In this document: positions 34,052 through 46,821 of the stretch, in pieces
Layout: the number at the start of each line of letters is the position of its first letter
Position numbering within the stretch: position 1 is the stretch's first letter
Source: Lepidodermella squamata
Lineage: Eukaryota > Animalia > Gastrotricha
DNA: 64,000 nucleotides
Direction: 5' to 3'
Assembly (NCBI GenBank): GCA_047495785.1
Contig: JBLDXI010000042.1
Location: forward strand, 310,001 to 374,000
Made by a program: the position numbers and the translations under genes
The notes under the pieces: generated by a model
Databases searched by the model: none
What the model was told of the DNA's origin: nothing
The model's input: the letters and a program-made list of their open reading frames with translations, nothing else

Positions 34052-36642
34052 TCAATTCACAAATGCAATTAATCTGCGGGAAATCGCTACAGCTTTGTCT
34101 GAGAAAAGTAAGAAAATACTGGTCAGACCCGAAATGGTCTTACATGCGACTGAAGCAACAATTCGTTGGGTTACGTGGTAATTAGTCGACGCTATAATCA
34201 GGAAAATCGCCCCAATGACCAAGGGCAAGTTGACAAACGAAGCCATGCGATAACGCTTGATTTCCAGTTCTTTCACTTTGGCAATGGATATGGACAAGAG
34301 AGCAGCCGCGCTTGCAGGAATTAGGTCCACCGCGAATAACGTCATCATGAAATTCAAGTACCTGCCATTACTATCTTCGCATAATTCAACATAAACATGG
34401 CGTAAGATATCACGTTCAGCGTCAAACTCGATACGGACGATCCTAATACGTGATTCCACTGGGTTGGTGATGAGCCAAGTAGCTAACGAAGAAATGCAAA
34501 AAAATTAGGAGAAATATGGGTGCAACATTTCCGAAGAGCTATTGCAACCGATTAGAACGACTGTTAGTCACTCTTGGTTCAGCTGGTAACCGAGGAAATA
34601 CTGCAGTGTTCCAATTGCTATGAGGGAGGATAGTGGCGCGGCACTTCGAAGTTAAGTGAACTGTCAGCTTGCGATAAAGAGCTAAATGAACGACGGTTGC
34701 TCCAATTACGAGGATAATATATTTCATATTACAAACGAATGCTGAGTGAACATTCAGGGAGAACAAGATTGAAGCTGCGTTGAGTAACACGCAAGCTAGG
34801 GTGAAAGTGACCCTATCGATTTTCAACTTCGAAATACAAGTCAGCAGCTGGGCGATAGTTGCTACTCCACTGGAGACGCAGGCAAAGATGAGAAAAGCAA
34901 ATGGGACGTGGATTACCTCGATTTCTTCGCCCGACCAATCGGCTGGAGGCTGCTTAGTCTCCGTGTACCAGGCGTAAGGTTCGAAACTGCGAACTACATA
35001 ACTTGAGACATCACTCACATTTGTTTTGTTCTGGGGTAGAGTGATTTCGTAGTTTATCCGTGCCCTATTTTCCTCTGGCATCCACTGGAAAATGTACTGA
35101 GGCTCCGAGTCCTGTTCAAGCCTACTAGAATACTCGATAACACCCTGCCTGAAGCCGACGAACCTGATAGCAGCTGCACTTTGATTCGCAGCTTCCATGA
35201 CGACCTTCGGATAGTCTTCATAATCTTTGAGAGACATATTCATCCTCTTCAGAATTTCCTCAGCCCCGTCTAGCGTTAGGATGGCCTGGAGAAACTCATC
35301 GTGGCATAGGTACCGTCTTCCGTAGCTGGACATATTCCTCGCATCGGGAATTACTTTATCGAGCATTTCATCAAACTGCTTCGCGTCATAGCCTAGACTG
35401 ATTTTACCCGTGTTTTCGACCCCAAAGCTTGACCATATAGATCCGATAGAAACAGTCGATTTATACTGTTGTAGGACAGTAGCCTTGGTACACTCCGGGG
35501 CGATAATATCGGGTCTTGTACCCAGATCCCTAAAAGTGAGCCCGGCTATGATGAAAACGTACCGAGGTCCAGTCAAGCCGTAACTGAAGCATTTGCAGAG
35601 AAACAGGACAGAATTAGTGAAATCAGATATTTCATATACTATCACCCTTGCGCCTGATTTCTTTAACCCAGATATTAAGTCGTCGCTCAAATCAAAAGCA
35701 GCATCGTAATGCACAACTTCCAGGCCATTCGTGACCGCCAAATCGTAGTAGTACGATGCGATGTAAAAATTGAAAATCGTAGAAGCGGCATTCGCAAGTA
35801 TTGCAATCTTTCGCCATTGGCCGACCTTTTTGATGAAATTCAGCCTAGGCATGGCGACAGCCTCTCCCGATATGTGGGTGCGATAGAAATTAGGAAGCAT
35901 TACCCGATTGGCGGTGAAAAAGGGAGATAGACAAGCTGAGGAAATAGCGACCAAATTCAAATGATGGGCAATTTGTGCCAGAGATTTGCAACCAGCAGTG
36001 TAGCCTCCAGCGAAAACGATGGGCGATTTTACTGAGCTATTTGCTGCTGCATTGTGCTTGAGCTTGATAGTAGAATTTCTGGGCGCGCGCTGATTGGTCA
36101 ATCGATCGTTGCTATGACTCCCGGATGAAACATGTTGGTTGTGCGATCCATGAAATTTTTTGCCGCAGTAAATTGCTACGATTATTATGGGGTTTACGCT
36201 CGTGGTCAATGGAAACCGTGCAGAGGGTGTGGCAAGGTCATTTTTTGCATAAATAGAAAATAATTTATCAGTGGATCGCTCGACTAAATTGTTTCATCCC
36301 GGAGTCATAGCAACAATATATTGACCAATCAGCGCGCGGGTCAAAGTGCTACTTACTACTTGAAACACAATGTGGCTTCCTGTAGAATTCTATCACTCGC
36401 TGGGTTAGCAGAACACTTCCCGGCCCTTCGTCCTGGTTGAAGGCGACCAACTCGTAGCTAGGCAAGATATCGTTTCTTTTGTTGACCATTTCAATCATCA
36501 GCTCTTGAACATGTGGGCAAATGTCACTAGCGGGGTCGGCGACCTGAACTGAGCTTGTGCCGAAAAATATCTCCAATTTGGTACTTTCCCCATTTACCAA
36601 ATATACCATTAATAAAACTGCTCGAAAAAATGAAGACTTCAT
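34052..36642 (-). pseudogene. Inverted class C GPCR paralog disrupted by a MITE, a nonsense codon and a frameshift
   Basis: N-terminus at 36642-36373, insertion at 36050-36372, TAG at 34539 where paralogs have Leu (or Phe), frameshift in the adjacent T-run. Confidence 0.92.
36050..36372. mobile_element. 323-bp MITE with CATTGTG termini and a 2-bp TSD (TG)
   Basis: Removing it plus one TG restores RKPAANSSVK. ~50-bp internal inverted repeat (gcgcgctgattggtcaat..gttgctatgactcc.ggatgaaaca). Confidence 0.88.
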
Positions 36643-37712
36643 TTTGCTTAAGGTAAATGCTGAAAGTCACCCATAAGAATCTTATTTTATTGAGCTCCTC
36701 ACTATGAACCTGGATGCGCAGACGCAAGAGGGTGTCGGTGTAACTGACACCGCGGAGCCTAATTACTTATCCCAATGTGAATTGCAGTAAGACTTTGGGT
36801 AGATGCTTACATTTCGTCAGATTATATCAGTATATATCCATCCAAAATATGCGTATGCATAATTTGCAATCGAGGGGGTTAGTTGAGCAGTGGGCGATTA
36901 TTCCCCTCTGACAACGGTACACCATCACGTACTACGTGATTGTGATATGTCAAAATGACAGAATAGGTGGCCTCAAAGAAGTGACAGTATAGCAGATACA
37001 TAGTGGCGTCATCGGATAACGTTAGCTTGGGCAACAGCAAGCCTAGCATTCAGGCAGGGCTCCTCAACGCATGATCAGTGACGACCCAACAAAAGCCAAA
37101 TTATTACCAGGTTGCGACCAATAGGTACATACCAAATATTTGGATTTCATAGTTTAGGAAACGACGCTCTGAATTCCAAAATTTTCAAGATACAAATTGA
37201 TCTGATCACTTGTCCGAATCTGCTAATCCCGGCAGTATTTTAATTGTACTACATATTAAAGTTGCCCGCGGCCGTAAATGTCCCTAATCGGCCGCAACAC
37301 TCTCGGCGTCTTAAACAGGCCGCACTGCCGGAATATGTTTACATGTCACCGCGGCCAAATCGTTCACGTCGCGGAAAAATTCGCACTTCTGAAAAAGTCT
37401 GAGAAGTCGTATAATCTGCATAATGAATCCGAGATTTCTGAAGGGTTCGGAAGCCAATGTATTTTCTGGGACCCAGACGAAGAAACCGTACAGTCCTCCC
37501 TCCTCTCTAGAGTTAGGCGTCCCGAAGCTGCTGTGTCGTGATAGGATTCGGATTTGGTTAAATTAGATCACGCAGACCCGGAGGTGAAAGATGATCTCGA
37601 TGTCTGTGTTACAATTTTGTGTGACCCGTTACTCAAAATATCCCACCTATCGCTTAATTGCCCGCTTCGATGGCATAAAAATGCATGGTCAGATCTTAAA
37701 AATTAAAAATTA

Positions 37713-38203
37713 CCGTATTTTATCGAATAGTATCCTGGGATATTATTTTTTCCGAACACGAAAAGTAGTGAAAAAATCGGGCTATTATTCGAGGGGGCTT
37801 TCATTCAAGGCTATTATTTATCCTAAAACGTCAAATCATCACTTCAACAGACATTCTTGGTCATTTTTACGTACGTCTGAGTACGTGATATATTATATTC
37901 AAGCTAAAAATGACCAACAAAGAGGAATGTCGCTGTAATAAAGCTTAAAAGCACTGTATAGTTATCTTCCTCGTTTTCGCACTTTCTCTTCTCTCTACGT
38001 CTCAATTTTCTTGAGGCACGCTAGCCACCTCCCCCATTCTTTCTACATGAGCTGATCATACTAGAACTATTGTTATTACTATATGGAATGTGGCTATTAT
38101 TCGAGGTAGGCTATTATTAACCTTTTGACCCAATATTTGGATGAATTTTTGTGGCTATTATTCGAGGGGGCTATTATTTGAGGTTGGATTCGATAAAATA
38201 CGG
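37713..38203. mobile_element. Tc1/mariner-superfamily-type MITE (TA|CCGTATTTTATCGAA termini)
   Basis: 15-bp TIR with TA flanks; internal ggctattattcgagg repeats. Confidence 0.8.
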
Positions 38204-38371
38204 TATACATTACACACGCGGCCAGGTTTTGCCGAAAAACTTGTTATTATTGGTGCTCGATTGCTTGTAAACCAATTAACAACACGCTGTTAATTATTAA
38301 AAATGATTGTATCTCATCAAAATAATTATCGAAAAATAAAATAAGATTACTTAACCCGACATTGAACAGCC

Positions 38372-38385
38372 GTTTCCATGGCAAC
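38372..38385. promoter_or_regulatory. RFX X-box
   Basis: GTTTCCATGGCAAC matches GTTNCCATGGNAAC exactly. Confidence 0.55.
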
Positions 38386-39289
38386 GGGCGACGCCAGCAA
38401 ACCAGCTAACCTAGGTGTTTTAATGCATTTAAAAGCCGTTTTTTTTCATGGCAGCTGTCGGTTTATTCTAGCTGTTCGTCACTTCAAAACAGGATGCAGA
38501 AAGTTCTAAAATGGAACTAACAGGTTCTAGCGATCAAGACTATCTGAAAATTGAATGAAATGAGCACAAGTGGGGTTTCATAGATCAAGATCGCGGTTTT
38601 CGAAGGCATTTTAGTAAAATTATGAAACTTTTATTGATTCGAACTAAACAGGATCGCAATCAGACGAGAGCTGCGAAGCGACGAACAATCAAGTTTGAAG
38701 TTGGATAAAGTCTGAGTACCTTCCGACGGACGTGCAGTATAACTTGGGATGTAACAAGGCGAGCGATTGCGCCCTGATGGATCTAAAAATCGCTGGTCTG
38801 GCGAAAAATCAAACAAGCTGGCTGAATTTTCTTCGTCCATTTTCGGCAATTTCTGAAGGACAGCCCCGGATCCCATCCGAAGAAATCGAATAACCTTGGC
38901 TGGCGTGTCACGAGTAAACTAGATTGGATCGAACTGACTCGAGGAAAGAAGATGAGGAAAATGATCCCCTTGACTGTCAGTGATTTTACGACTTTAATTT
39001 TAAGTAGGTCACAAAAAGGTCGTATTTTCGATGCCGTAATCGGGCATTTGAAATTGCATACCTTAAAATATCTCTCCTATCGCTAAATTAACCGCTTTTA
39101 TAGCATACAAATGCAGAACATGAAATTGGCTTCGTACTTCAAGACACAGAAAAGTTGCCACTGCCATCCTACGCTTCGAGGGATTGGATTAGGTTTCGCG
39201 CTGTGCATTTACTCGGAGCCTATTAGCATTTGTTTATAATAAAAGCGTGCTCAATCGACGAAAATCATCTTGCAATAAATTTTCACACG

Positions 39290-41575
39290 ATGCCATCACT
39301 GTTTCTCAAATTCGCTTTATTTCTCGTATATTCAGTCAATGGGCAAAACACCAAGTTGGAGATGTTCTTCGGTTCCACCAATATTCAAGTTGCCGATCCT
39401 GCTGGGGACATTTGCCCACATGTTCAAAAACTGCTGATCGAAATGGTGAACAAGCGGAACGACATATTGCCCGGCTACGATTTGGTCGCCTATAACCAGG
39501 ACGAAGGACCAGGCAGCCTCCTTCTAACCCGGCGCGTCATAGAATTCTTTAGACGACCTACAGCCAATGATTCGGTTAAATCGCCCGTTGTTTTCGCAGG
39601 CGGTTTTACTGCTGGATGCAAATCTCTGGCGCAAATTCTTCACCATTCGGATTTGGTCGGTATTGCCCCAGTTTGCCTATCCCCCTCGTTCACAGCAAAT
39701 CGGTTATTGTTTCCGAATTTGTACCGCATCCGCCCGTCTGGCGAGTCACTAGCCTTGCCTAGAATCAATTTCATTAAGAATCTCGGCAGGTGGAGAAAGA
39801 TTGCGATACTAGCGAACGCCGGTACAACAATTGTGAACCTTCATGTCGCATCCTACTTTTACGATTTAGCCATAAAAAATGGCATGGAAGTCGTGCATTA
39901 CGATGCTACATTTGACTTGAATGGCGACTTCATGCTCGCACTGAAAAGTTCACGCGCAAGAGTGATAGTCTATGAAGTTTCTGATTTCCCAAGTTCGCTG
40001 CAGTTTCTATGCAAATGCTACAGTTACGGCTTGACTGGACCTCGGTACGTATTCATTATGGCTGCTAACAGCTTCGGAGGTATAGGTTCAAATATTAGAT
40101 TTGAATACATCGCACCGGCTTGCACCAAGGGCATCATCTCGCAACAATATAGACACACGGTTTTCATCGGATCCATATGGTCAAGTTTTGGCGTCGAAAA
40201 CACGGGTAAAACATGTCTCGGCTATGATGCGAAGCAGTTCGATGCAATGCTTGATAAAGCGGTTCCTGATGCGAGAAACTTGTCTGGCTACGGAAGGCGT
40301 TACCTTTGCCACGATCAATACCTTCAAGCCTTTTTAACGCTAGACGGGGCTGAGAAGATTCTCAACACGAACAATCTATCTCTCAGAGATTACGATAACT
40401 ACCCGAAGGTCGTCATGGAAGCCGCGAATAAAAGTGCTGCCTCAATTAAGGTCGTCGGCTTTAGGCAGGGTGTTATCGAGTATTCGCCAAGGCTTGAACA
40501 AGATTCAGAGCCTCAGTACATCTTTCAGTGGATCCTAGAGGAAAACAGAACACGGATTAACTACGAAATCGCTCTACTGCCGAACAAATCAAACGTAAGC
40601 GATATCTCCAGTTACGCTATTCACAGCATGGAACCTTTTGTCTGGTACACAGCGTCCAAGGAACCCCCAGGTGATTGGCCAGGCGAAGAAATCGACTTAA
40701 TCCATGTCCCGGATGCCTTTCTTATATTTGTATGCGTCTTCAGTGGGGTTACAAGCCTCGCCCAGCTACTTGCTCTAATCTCGAAGTTGGAAATCGGGAG
40801 GATTATTTTCACCCCCGCTTGTTTGCAACTCAACGCCGCTTCAATTCTATTCGCTCTGAAGGTCCATTCCACGGCAAGTTGTAATTTGAAGTATATTTTC
40901 CTTGTTATTGGAGCAACCGTCATTCATTCACTTCTATTTCGAAAGTTGGCAATACACATAGCTTCAAGGCGACGCGTCACTTTTTTTACCTTCATCAACA
41001 TGAGTGCCGCAGTATTTCATCGGTCTCCAGTTAGAAAACGAAAGGTGACGAAGAGAGGCTCGAATCGGTTGCAATTGCTGTTCGCTAATGCTGCCCCCAT
41101 CCTCGTCGTTATCATTAGTCTATCGTTATTAGCTGCATGGCTAATCAGCAGTGAAATGAAAGCGCGTATTAGAACCGTGAGCAGTGAATACGTCGCCGAA
41201 CGTGACATCTTGCGCCATGTATATGTCGAATTATGCGGGGCAGGTAATGCCAGGGACTTGAGATTCATGCTGACGTTGGCGGCGGTCGACCTAATTCCGG
41301 CGGGCGGGGCTGTCCTCTTATCAGTAGCTATTGCTAAGGCTAAAGAGCCGGCAATCAAGCGTTATCGCATGGCCTCGCTGATCAATCTGCCCTTAGTCAT
41401 CGGGGCGATTTTCATGATTTTAGCGTCGAGCAATTCCCATGTAACTCAGAAAATCGTTGCATCTCTCGCTTGTTTGAATATTTCGGGTCTGACCAGTGTT
41501 CTGGTGTTATTCTCAGATAAAGCTTCAGTGACCTTTCGACCACTGATTGCAAACATAAAAAAGGTAAATAGATGA
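39290..41575 (+). CDS. Intronless class C GABA-B-like GPCR, intact (761 aa from ATG 39290)
   Basis: Full paralog of 5219-7489; signal peptide MPSLFLKFALFLVYSVNG. Confidence 0.9.
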   Translation: MPSLFLKFALFLVYSVNGQNTKLEMFFGSTNIQVADPAGDICPHVQKLLIEMVNKRNDILPGYDLVAYNQDEGPGSLLLTRRVIEFFRRPTANDSVKSPVVFAGGFTAGCKSLAQILHHSDLVGIAPVCLSPSFTANRLLFPNLYRIRPSGESLALPRINFIKNLGRWRKIAILANAGTTIVNLHVASYFYDLAIKNGMEVVHYDATFDLNGDFMLALKSSRARVIVYEVSDFPSSLQFLCKCYSYGLTGPRYVFIMAANSFGGIGSNIRFEYIAPACTKGIISQQYRHTVFIGSIWSSFGVENTGKTCLGYDAKQFDAMLDKAVPDARNLSGYGRRYLCHDQYLQAFLTLDGAEKILNTNNLSLRDYDNYPKVVMEAANKSAASIKVVGFRQGVIEYSPRLEQDSEPQYIFQWILEENRTRINYEIALLPNKSNVSDISSYAIHSMEPFVWYTASKEPPGDWPGEEIDLIHVPDAFLIFVCVFSGVTSLAQLLALISKLEIGRIIFTPACLQLNAASILFALKVHSTASCNLKYIFLVIGATVIHSLLFRKLAIHIASRRRVTFFTFINMSAAVFHRSPVRKRKVTKRGSNRLQLLFANAAPILVVIISLSLLAAWLISSEMKARIRTVSSEYVAERDILRHVYVELCGAGNARDLRFMLTLAAVDLIPAGGAVLLSVAIAKAKEPAIKRYRMASLINLPLVIGAIFMILASSNSHVTQKIVASLACLNISGLTSVLVLFSDKASVTFRPLIANIKKVNR

Positions 41576-42386
41576 AACAAGAAATTTATTAAAACAATTC
41601 AAAGCTATGATTTTGAATGTTAGTAGTAAAAATTATAATGTTTACTACTAACATTTAAAATTTGTAAACAATATCATGGATCGATTTCTGATTGGACCTG
41701 TGAGCCATGTAACGATAAGTTCGGATTATGAGAAATGCGAAATGCGAAACTATAATAAACTTCGAACCTGTCAAGTGATTTTTGGCTTATTACTTTTTAT
41801 TTTACGTTCTCCAGTTAGATACCATAGACGAAGATCGGATAGCCATCAATTTTTCGAACCGAGTTTGCACAGTTTTTCGATTGGCTCAAGCTCGTGGCAA
41901 GGTAATAAACTGCGTTGAAAATAATTTCAAGGAACATAAAAAGGACATTCTATCTCAAATGAATTTTTTACAATAGGATGCCCAAGGAAAAATGTTCTAC
42001 CAAGTTGTTTAGCCGCCATTCACTCTATTCGTCGAATTTAATATTTTGAGAGTTTTTGTAGATACAACAGGAACGCTTGGACTGCTGGCAGGCAGCTCTT
42101 TTGATAGTCTTCAACAAGTCTTTGATTTAACAAGTTAGAGCGCTTACAAGCTTCGATAACCGAAAAGAAAACCGAAATACAAACTTAGCTTCGGTTGAAG
42201 CAAGCGAAAAGTAGTCGTGACTTTGACCCCGCCCGAGGCCCAGTCTCCAGTGTGCGAAGTAGGATAGGGGATCCGAGGTTTTTCTACTTGTTTTCTAGCA
42301 CCCAGCCGAAGAAACCAAAGGGCCCCCCTGTGGTTATTGCAGCCTTCCTCTGGTTGTAGTCCCGGAGCTGGGATGTCGCGACACAT

Positions 42387-42526
42387 ATTCCCATGTAACT
42401 CAGCAAATCATTGCTTCAGTCGCATGTTTGGCCATTTCGGGTCTAACCAGTGGCTTCGTACTTTTCTCTGATACAGCTCTAATGATTTTCCGCCGATTGA
42501 TAGAATTTGTGACAAGTAAAATGTGA
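42387..42526 (+). pseudogene. 3' remnant (TM7 + stop) of a receptor gene
   Basis: catgtaactcagcaaatc..gatacagctcta..acaagtaaaatgtga matches the 3' end of 48981-51287; the 3' UTR similarity extends to ~42650. Confidence 0.85.
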
Positions 42527-42890
42527 TTGAAATACAATTATCAAAATAAATCCTAGTGGTTTGGTTTCTAACCATCTATTTTTGTCATCTGATGCATACA
42601 GGACTCTTGCATGTTCCCATACACGAGTCTAATAGGAGAAGACTTGAGAAACGCTGCTATGAAGGCTGTTACGACAAGGTTAAGGGAAGTACGGCCAGAT
42701 TGCAGATGATTTCTTTCAAACGACTTTTGGTGGATCATATATGGATAATGGATAACATTGTAGACTGCTAAACAGCTGGGCAGATTTGATATATGAAAAT
42801 GCTAAAGAAGGAAAGATGAAGCGTGATTTAATCTGATAATCGGTTAGCAAATTACCAGCTTGGCTAAGTGTCCGTTATTCGGGGACGTGG

Positions 42891-43053
42891 CTATGTGAAA
42901 ACAGGAAAAGGGAAAAGTGTTTTGCCCAATGACTCCGCGAACACGATATGTGCGTGACACACAGACAGATTTAAGGTCGCACAGTGTTCAAGTAGTCGAC
43001 ACGTACAGCACGCACACATAGCATTTGGGAAACATTTTTCCTGTTTTCACACA
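42891..43053. mobile_element. Small MITE-like inverted repeat
   Basis: ct.tgtgaaaacaggaaaa / ttttcctgttttcacacag. Confidence 0.55.
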
Positions 43054-44189
43054 GATATGACCATTATTCGGATGTTCACAATGGGAAATCAATAGAAGTA
43101 ACAAGTAAGTAATGTCAAAATTGCTTCAAGTTGGAAATTGCTGTTCACACAAAATGTTAAATCAACACCTCGATTTGTAATAAAAGAAATGAAAGCTTCC
43201 GTCTGTCGTGAATCAGTGTAGAAAATAGGCCTAGCTCCCAGGTACGGAGAGCCTCTTATTACTAAAACACAACTTGAAAAATGTCCGCTCGCATTGGTTG
43301 TCTATTCTTCCTTAGTTTCTTATTTCTTCTCATCAGCGTACGAAATCAGTCATTTTTTTTAGACTCTCATCTTTCATCGTCTTTTTAGCATGATAGTGTT
43401 TTTAATGTCTGGAAATTTTCTCATTTTTATCGCTTTTCAGTATAGAAAATGAAGCTAAATATTCTGAAATACTACGTGCAAGGAGGAAAATATTACATCC
43501 CCAATTTCTTGATTTTTTCACATTAATTGGTCTCTGAACAGCATAGTCGAATAGCGTGGAGCGCGAGCGAAGCGAGCTTTAGCTATTCTTGCCGATTTTA
43601 TCGGAAAGAGTGGCTAAAAATGAACTAAATTATCTTAATGAAAGCCGATCATAAACTGATATGCTAATCAGCGCGTGCGGTCCAACTGAGGTACGGATTT
43701 TGGCTACCCGTACTTTGGATACCCAAACAGCGGCGCCATCCTGGTTCGGATGGCGCCGCTGCATGGTCCGGATGATCCGTAGCTATCCATACCCTACTTT
43801 CTACTTTCTACATCTTATTATGGCTTACGCAGCTGAAATGAGAGCTATTTTACGAAACAAATTAGCTGTAGGTATGGGAACAAGAGGGCCGAAACCAGAA
43901 ACGAGATTGCAGCCTTTCACGATTCCCCGGGGCTTAGCTTCGCTACGTAATTTGGCACATTTTAGCGGGCATAAATATTTGTTCTCCCTTTATAATATTC
44001 AATAATCTTGAAATTTATCCAGGGTCCAGGGCCAAATTCTGAATTCCACCGTGTCTTGCGGAGATATTAGCTATAAGCAAATCGCTATCGTTAAAACCCA
44101 GTCGCTTGTCATAGAGACGAGAGAGATCGAACCCCTGGCATCAATTTTTGCGATTGATCGCTCTGCAATTAGTTGTGTATTCACATTTT

Positions 44190-44500
44190 GCACTCAAAAT
44201 GCTCTTACAGAGACTTTCTGATGAGGTGACCTAGCTGCTGTCCCTTGTTCGGATTTGTCCATCAGAGGAAGAAACGTCGCGTGATCCTGGGCGAAGTACG
44301 TCGTATTGCCCGTTTTTTTTTGAAATCCGGCCAATTATCATATGCAGTTATAATATAAAATTGCAAATACAGAATTTTGGCTGGATTCTTAGACCCTGAA
44401 GCAAGGTACGATCTCCAGGGGAAGACATTAGTTAATTAATTAGGCTTCTCGGTATTAACCAAAGCGCATACCTCAGCTGCAAAGCGCTAAATAAAAGAGC
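44190..44500 (+). promoter_or_regulatory. Conserved receptor upstream block
   Basis: Paralogous to 4861-5180. Confidence 0.75.
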
Positions 44501-44543
44501 GACCAATTTTTCAAATCTTAGTATTTTTGACTCTTAGGTAAAG

Positions 44544-46821
44544 ATGACAATAGCGTTTGTTCAACTTGCGGCATTTCTTGCCGCTCTCATGTCCCAGTCA
44601 GTCAATGGGCAAAACACCAAGTTGGAGTTGTTTTTCGGCTACACCAATATCCAAGCCTCCGATCCTACAAACGACATTTGTCCTCATGTTCAAAAGCTTA
44701 TGTTCGACATTGTCAGCAAGCGGAACGATATCTTGCCCGGTTACGATTTGGTCGCCTACAACGAGGACGAAGGACCAGGAAGTGTTCTGCTAACCAAGCG
44801 CATAATTGATTTCTACAGAAAGCCGCCGGCTAACAATTCCGTGAAATCTCCCGTTGTTATTGCAGGAGGTTTCACTGCTGGATGCAAATCTCTGGCACAA
44901 ATTGCTCACCATTCCAATTTGGTTGCTATCGCCCCAGTTTGTCTCTCACCCTCTTTCACTGCTAATCGGGCATTGTTTCCGAATTTATACCGTATCCGAC
45001 CATCTGGCGAATCGTTGGCCCTCCCGAGGCTCAACTTCATCAAAACTCTCGGTAATTGGCAAAAAATCGCAATACTAGCTAATGCCGGCGCAACAATTGT
45101 GAACTTTCACGTTGCCTCGTACTTCCACGAACTGGCCACCAAAAATGGAGTAGAAGTTGTGCATTATGACGCAGCTTTCGACTTGACTGACGACTTGATA
45201 TGGGGGTTAAAGCAATCAGGGGCAAGGGTGATTGTGTACGAAGTTTTCGAAACAAATAGCGTCATGCTTTTTCTATGCAAATGCTTCAGTTTCGGATTGA
45301 CTGGGCCTCGGTACGTTTTCATCGTACCTAATAACGCCTATGCGGATGTTAGTAAACGGCCTGATGATATCGCCCCGGGATGTACCAAGGCAATCGTACT
45401 CGAACAGCATAAATATACAGTTTATATCGGATCAATTTGGACGAGTTTTGGGGTCGAAATCACGGGTAAAACCAGTTTGGGCTATGATGTGAAGGAGTTT
45501 GATGAAATGCTAGGCAAAGCAGTTCCCAATGCCAGAAGTATTTCCAACTACGACAAACGTTTCCTCTGCCACGATCAATACCTTCAAGCTATCCTAACGC
45601 TAGATGGGGCTGAGAAGATTCTGAAGACGAAAAATATGTCTCTCAAAGATTACAGCAACCAGCCTGAGATAGTAATGAGAGCAACGAATGAAAGTGCGGC
45701 CTCTATAAATTTTGTAGGCTTCAGAATTCAGAAGGGGTGTTATCGAGTATTCCCAAAGGCTTGAGCAGGATTCAGAGCCTCTATACATCGTCCAGTGGAT
45801 ACCAGAAGAAAATAGGGCATGGATCAACTACGAAATGACTCTAATACCAAACAAAACAAATGTGAGCGATGTGTCAAGTTACACGATTCGGAGTTTCGAA
45901 CCTTATGTCTGGTACACGGAGAATCAGCTGCCCCCAGCTGATTGGCCAGGCGAGGAAATCAACCTAATCCACGTCCCTGAGGCTTATCTCATGTTTGCTT
46001 GTATTACGAGCGGCACAGCGACCCTCGCCCAACTCCTAGTTTCGATTTCGGAAAAGGATTTTCGTAGGATTCTCTTCACCCTGGCTTGCATCTTACTTAA
46101 CACAGCTTCAATTCTTTTCGCCCTGAATGTTCACTCAGCTGCTGTTTGTAATATGACATATATTTTCCTCGTCATTGGAGCGACCGTTGTCCATTTGGTG
46201 CTCTATCGAAAGTTGGCATCACACGTTACTTCGAAACGCCGCGCCACAATGTTTTCTTATGATTTTAAATCGAAGGTATTTCCTAGGCCCCCGGCTAAAA
46301 GTCCCACCGTGATCAGCAGAGGGTCTAAGCGTTTGCAATTCGTGTTCGCGAATGTTGCACCAATCGTTGTCCTCGTCTTTAGTTTATTTTTATTAACCGT
46401 ATGGCTAGTCGAAAGTCCTATGGAGTCACGTCTCAAGATCGTCCAAAGCGAGTACGTGGCTGAACGTGACGTCTTACGCCATGTCTATATCGAGACATGC
46501 GAGACTAGTGGTGCAAGGGACTTGAATTTCATGATGGCGTTGACAGTCGTCGACCTAATTCCTGCGAGCGCGGCTGTTCTACTATCAATAGCCATAGCTA
46601 AGGTCGAATTGCCGGAGATCAAGCGTTATCGAATGGCCTCCCTCATCAACTTGCCCTTAGTCATCGGGGCGATTTTCATCATTATTGTGTCCAATAATTA
46701 CTATGTAACCCAGCAAATCGTTGCATCACTCACGTGTTTCATTGTTTCATTTCTCACCAGTATTTTCGTACTTTACTCCGATAAAGCAGTTTTTACTGTC
46801 CGTCGGATGATGCATTTTTAA
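44544..46821 (+). pseudogene. Class C GPCR paralog split by a 7-bp tandem duplication
   Basis: ttcagaa-ttcagaa at 45720-45733 causes a frameshift; otherwise intact. Confidence 0.88.

Noticed and set aside
36050-36209. Novel N-terminus of ORF 34539-36209
   Set aside because: It is translated MITE sequence with a non-ATG start.
41611-41660. AT-rich hairpin after the receptor stop
   Set aside because: Not shared by other paralogs; no terminator role is expected in a eukaryote.
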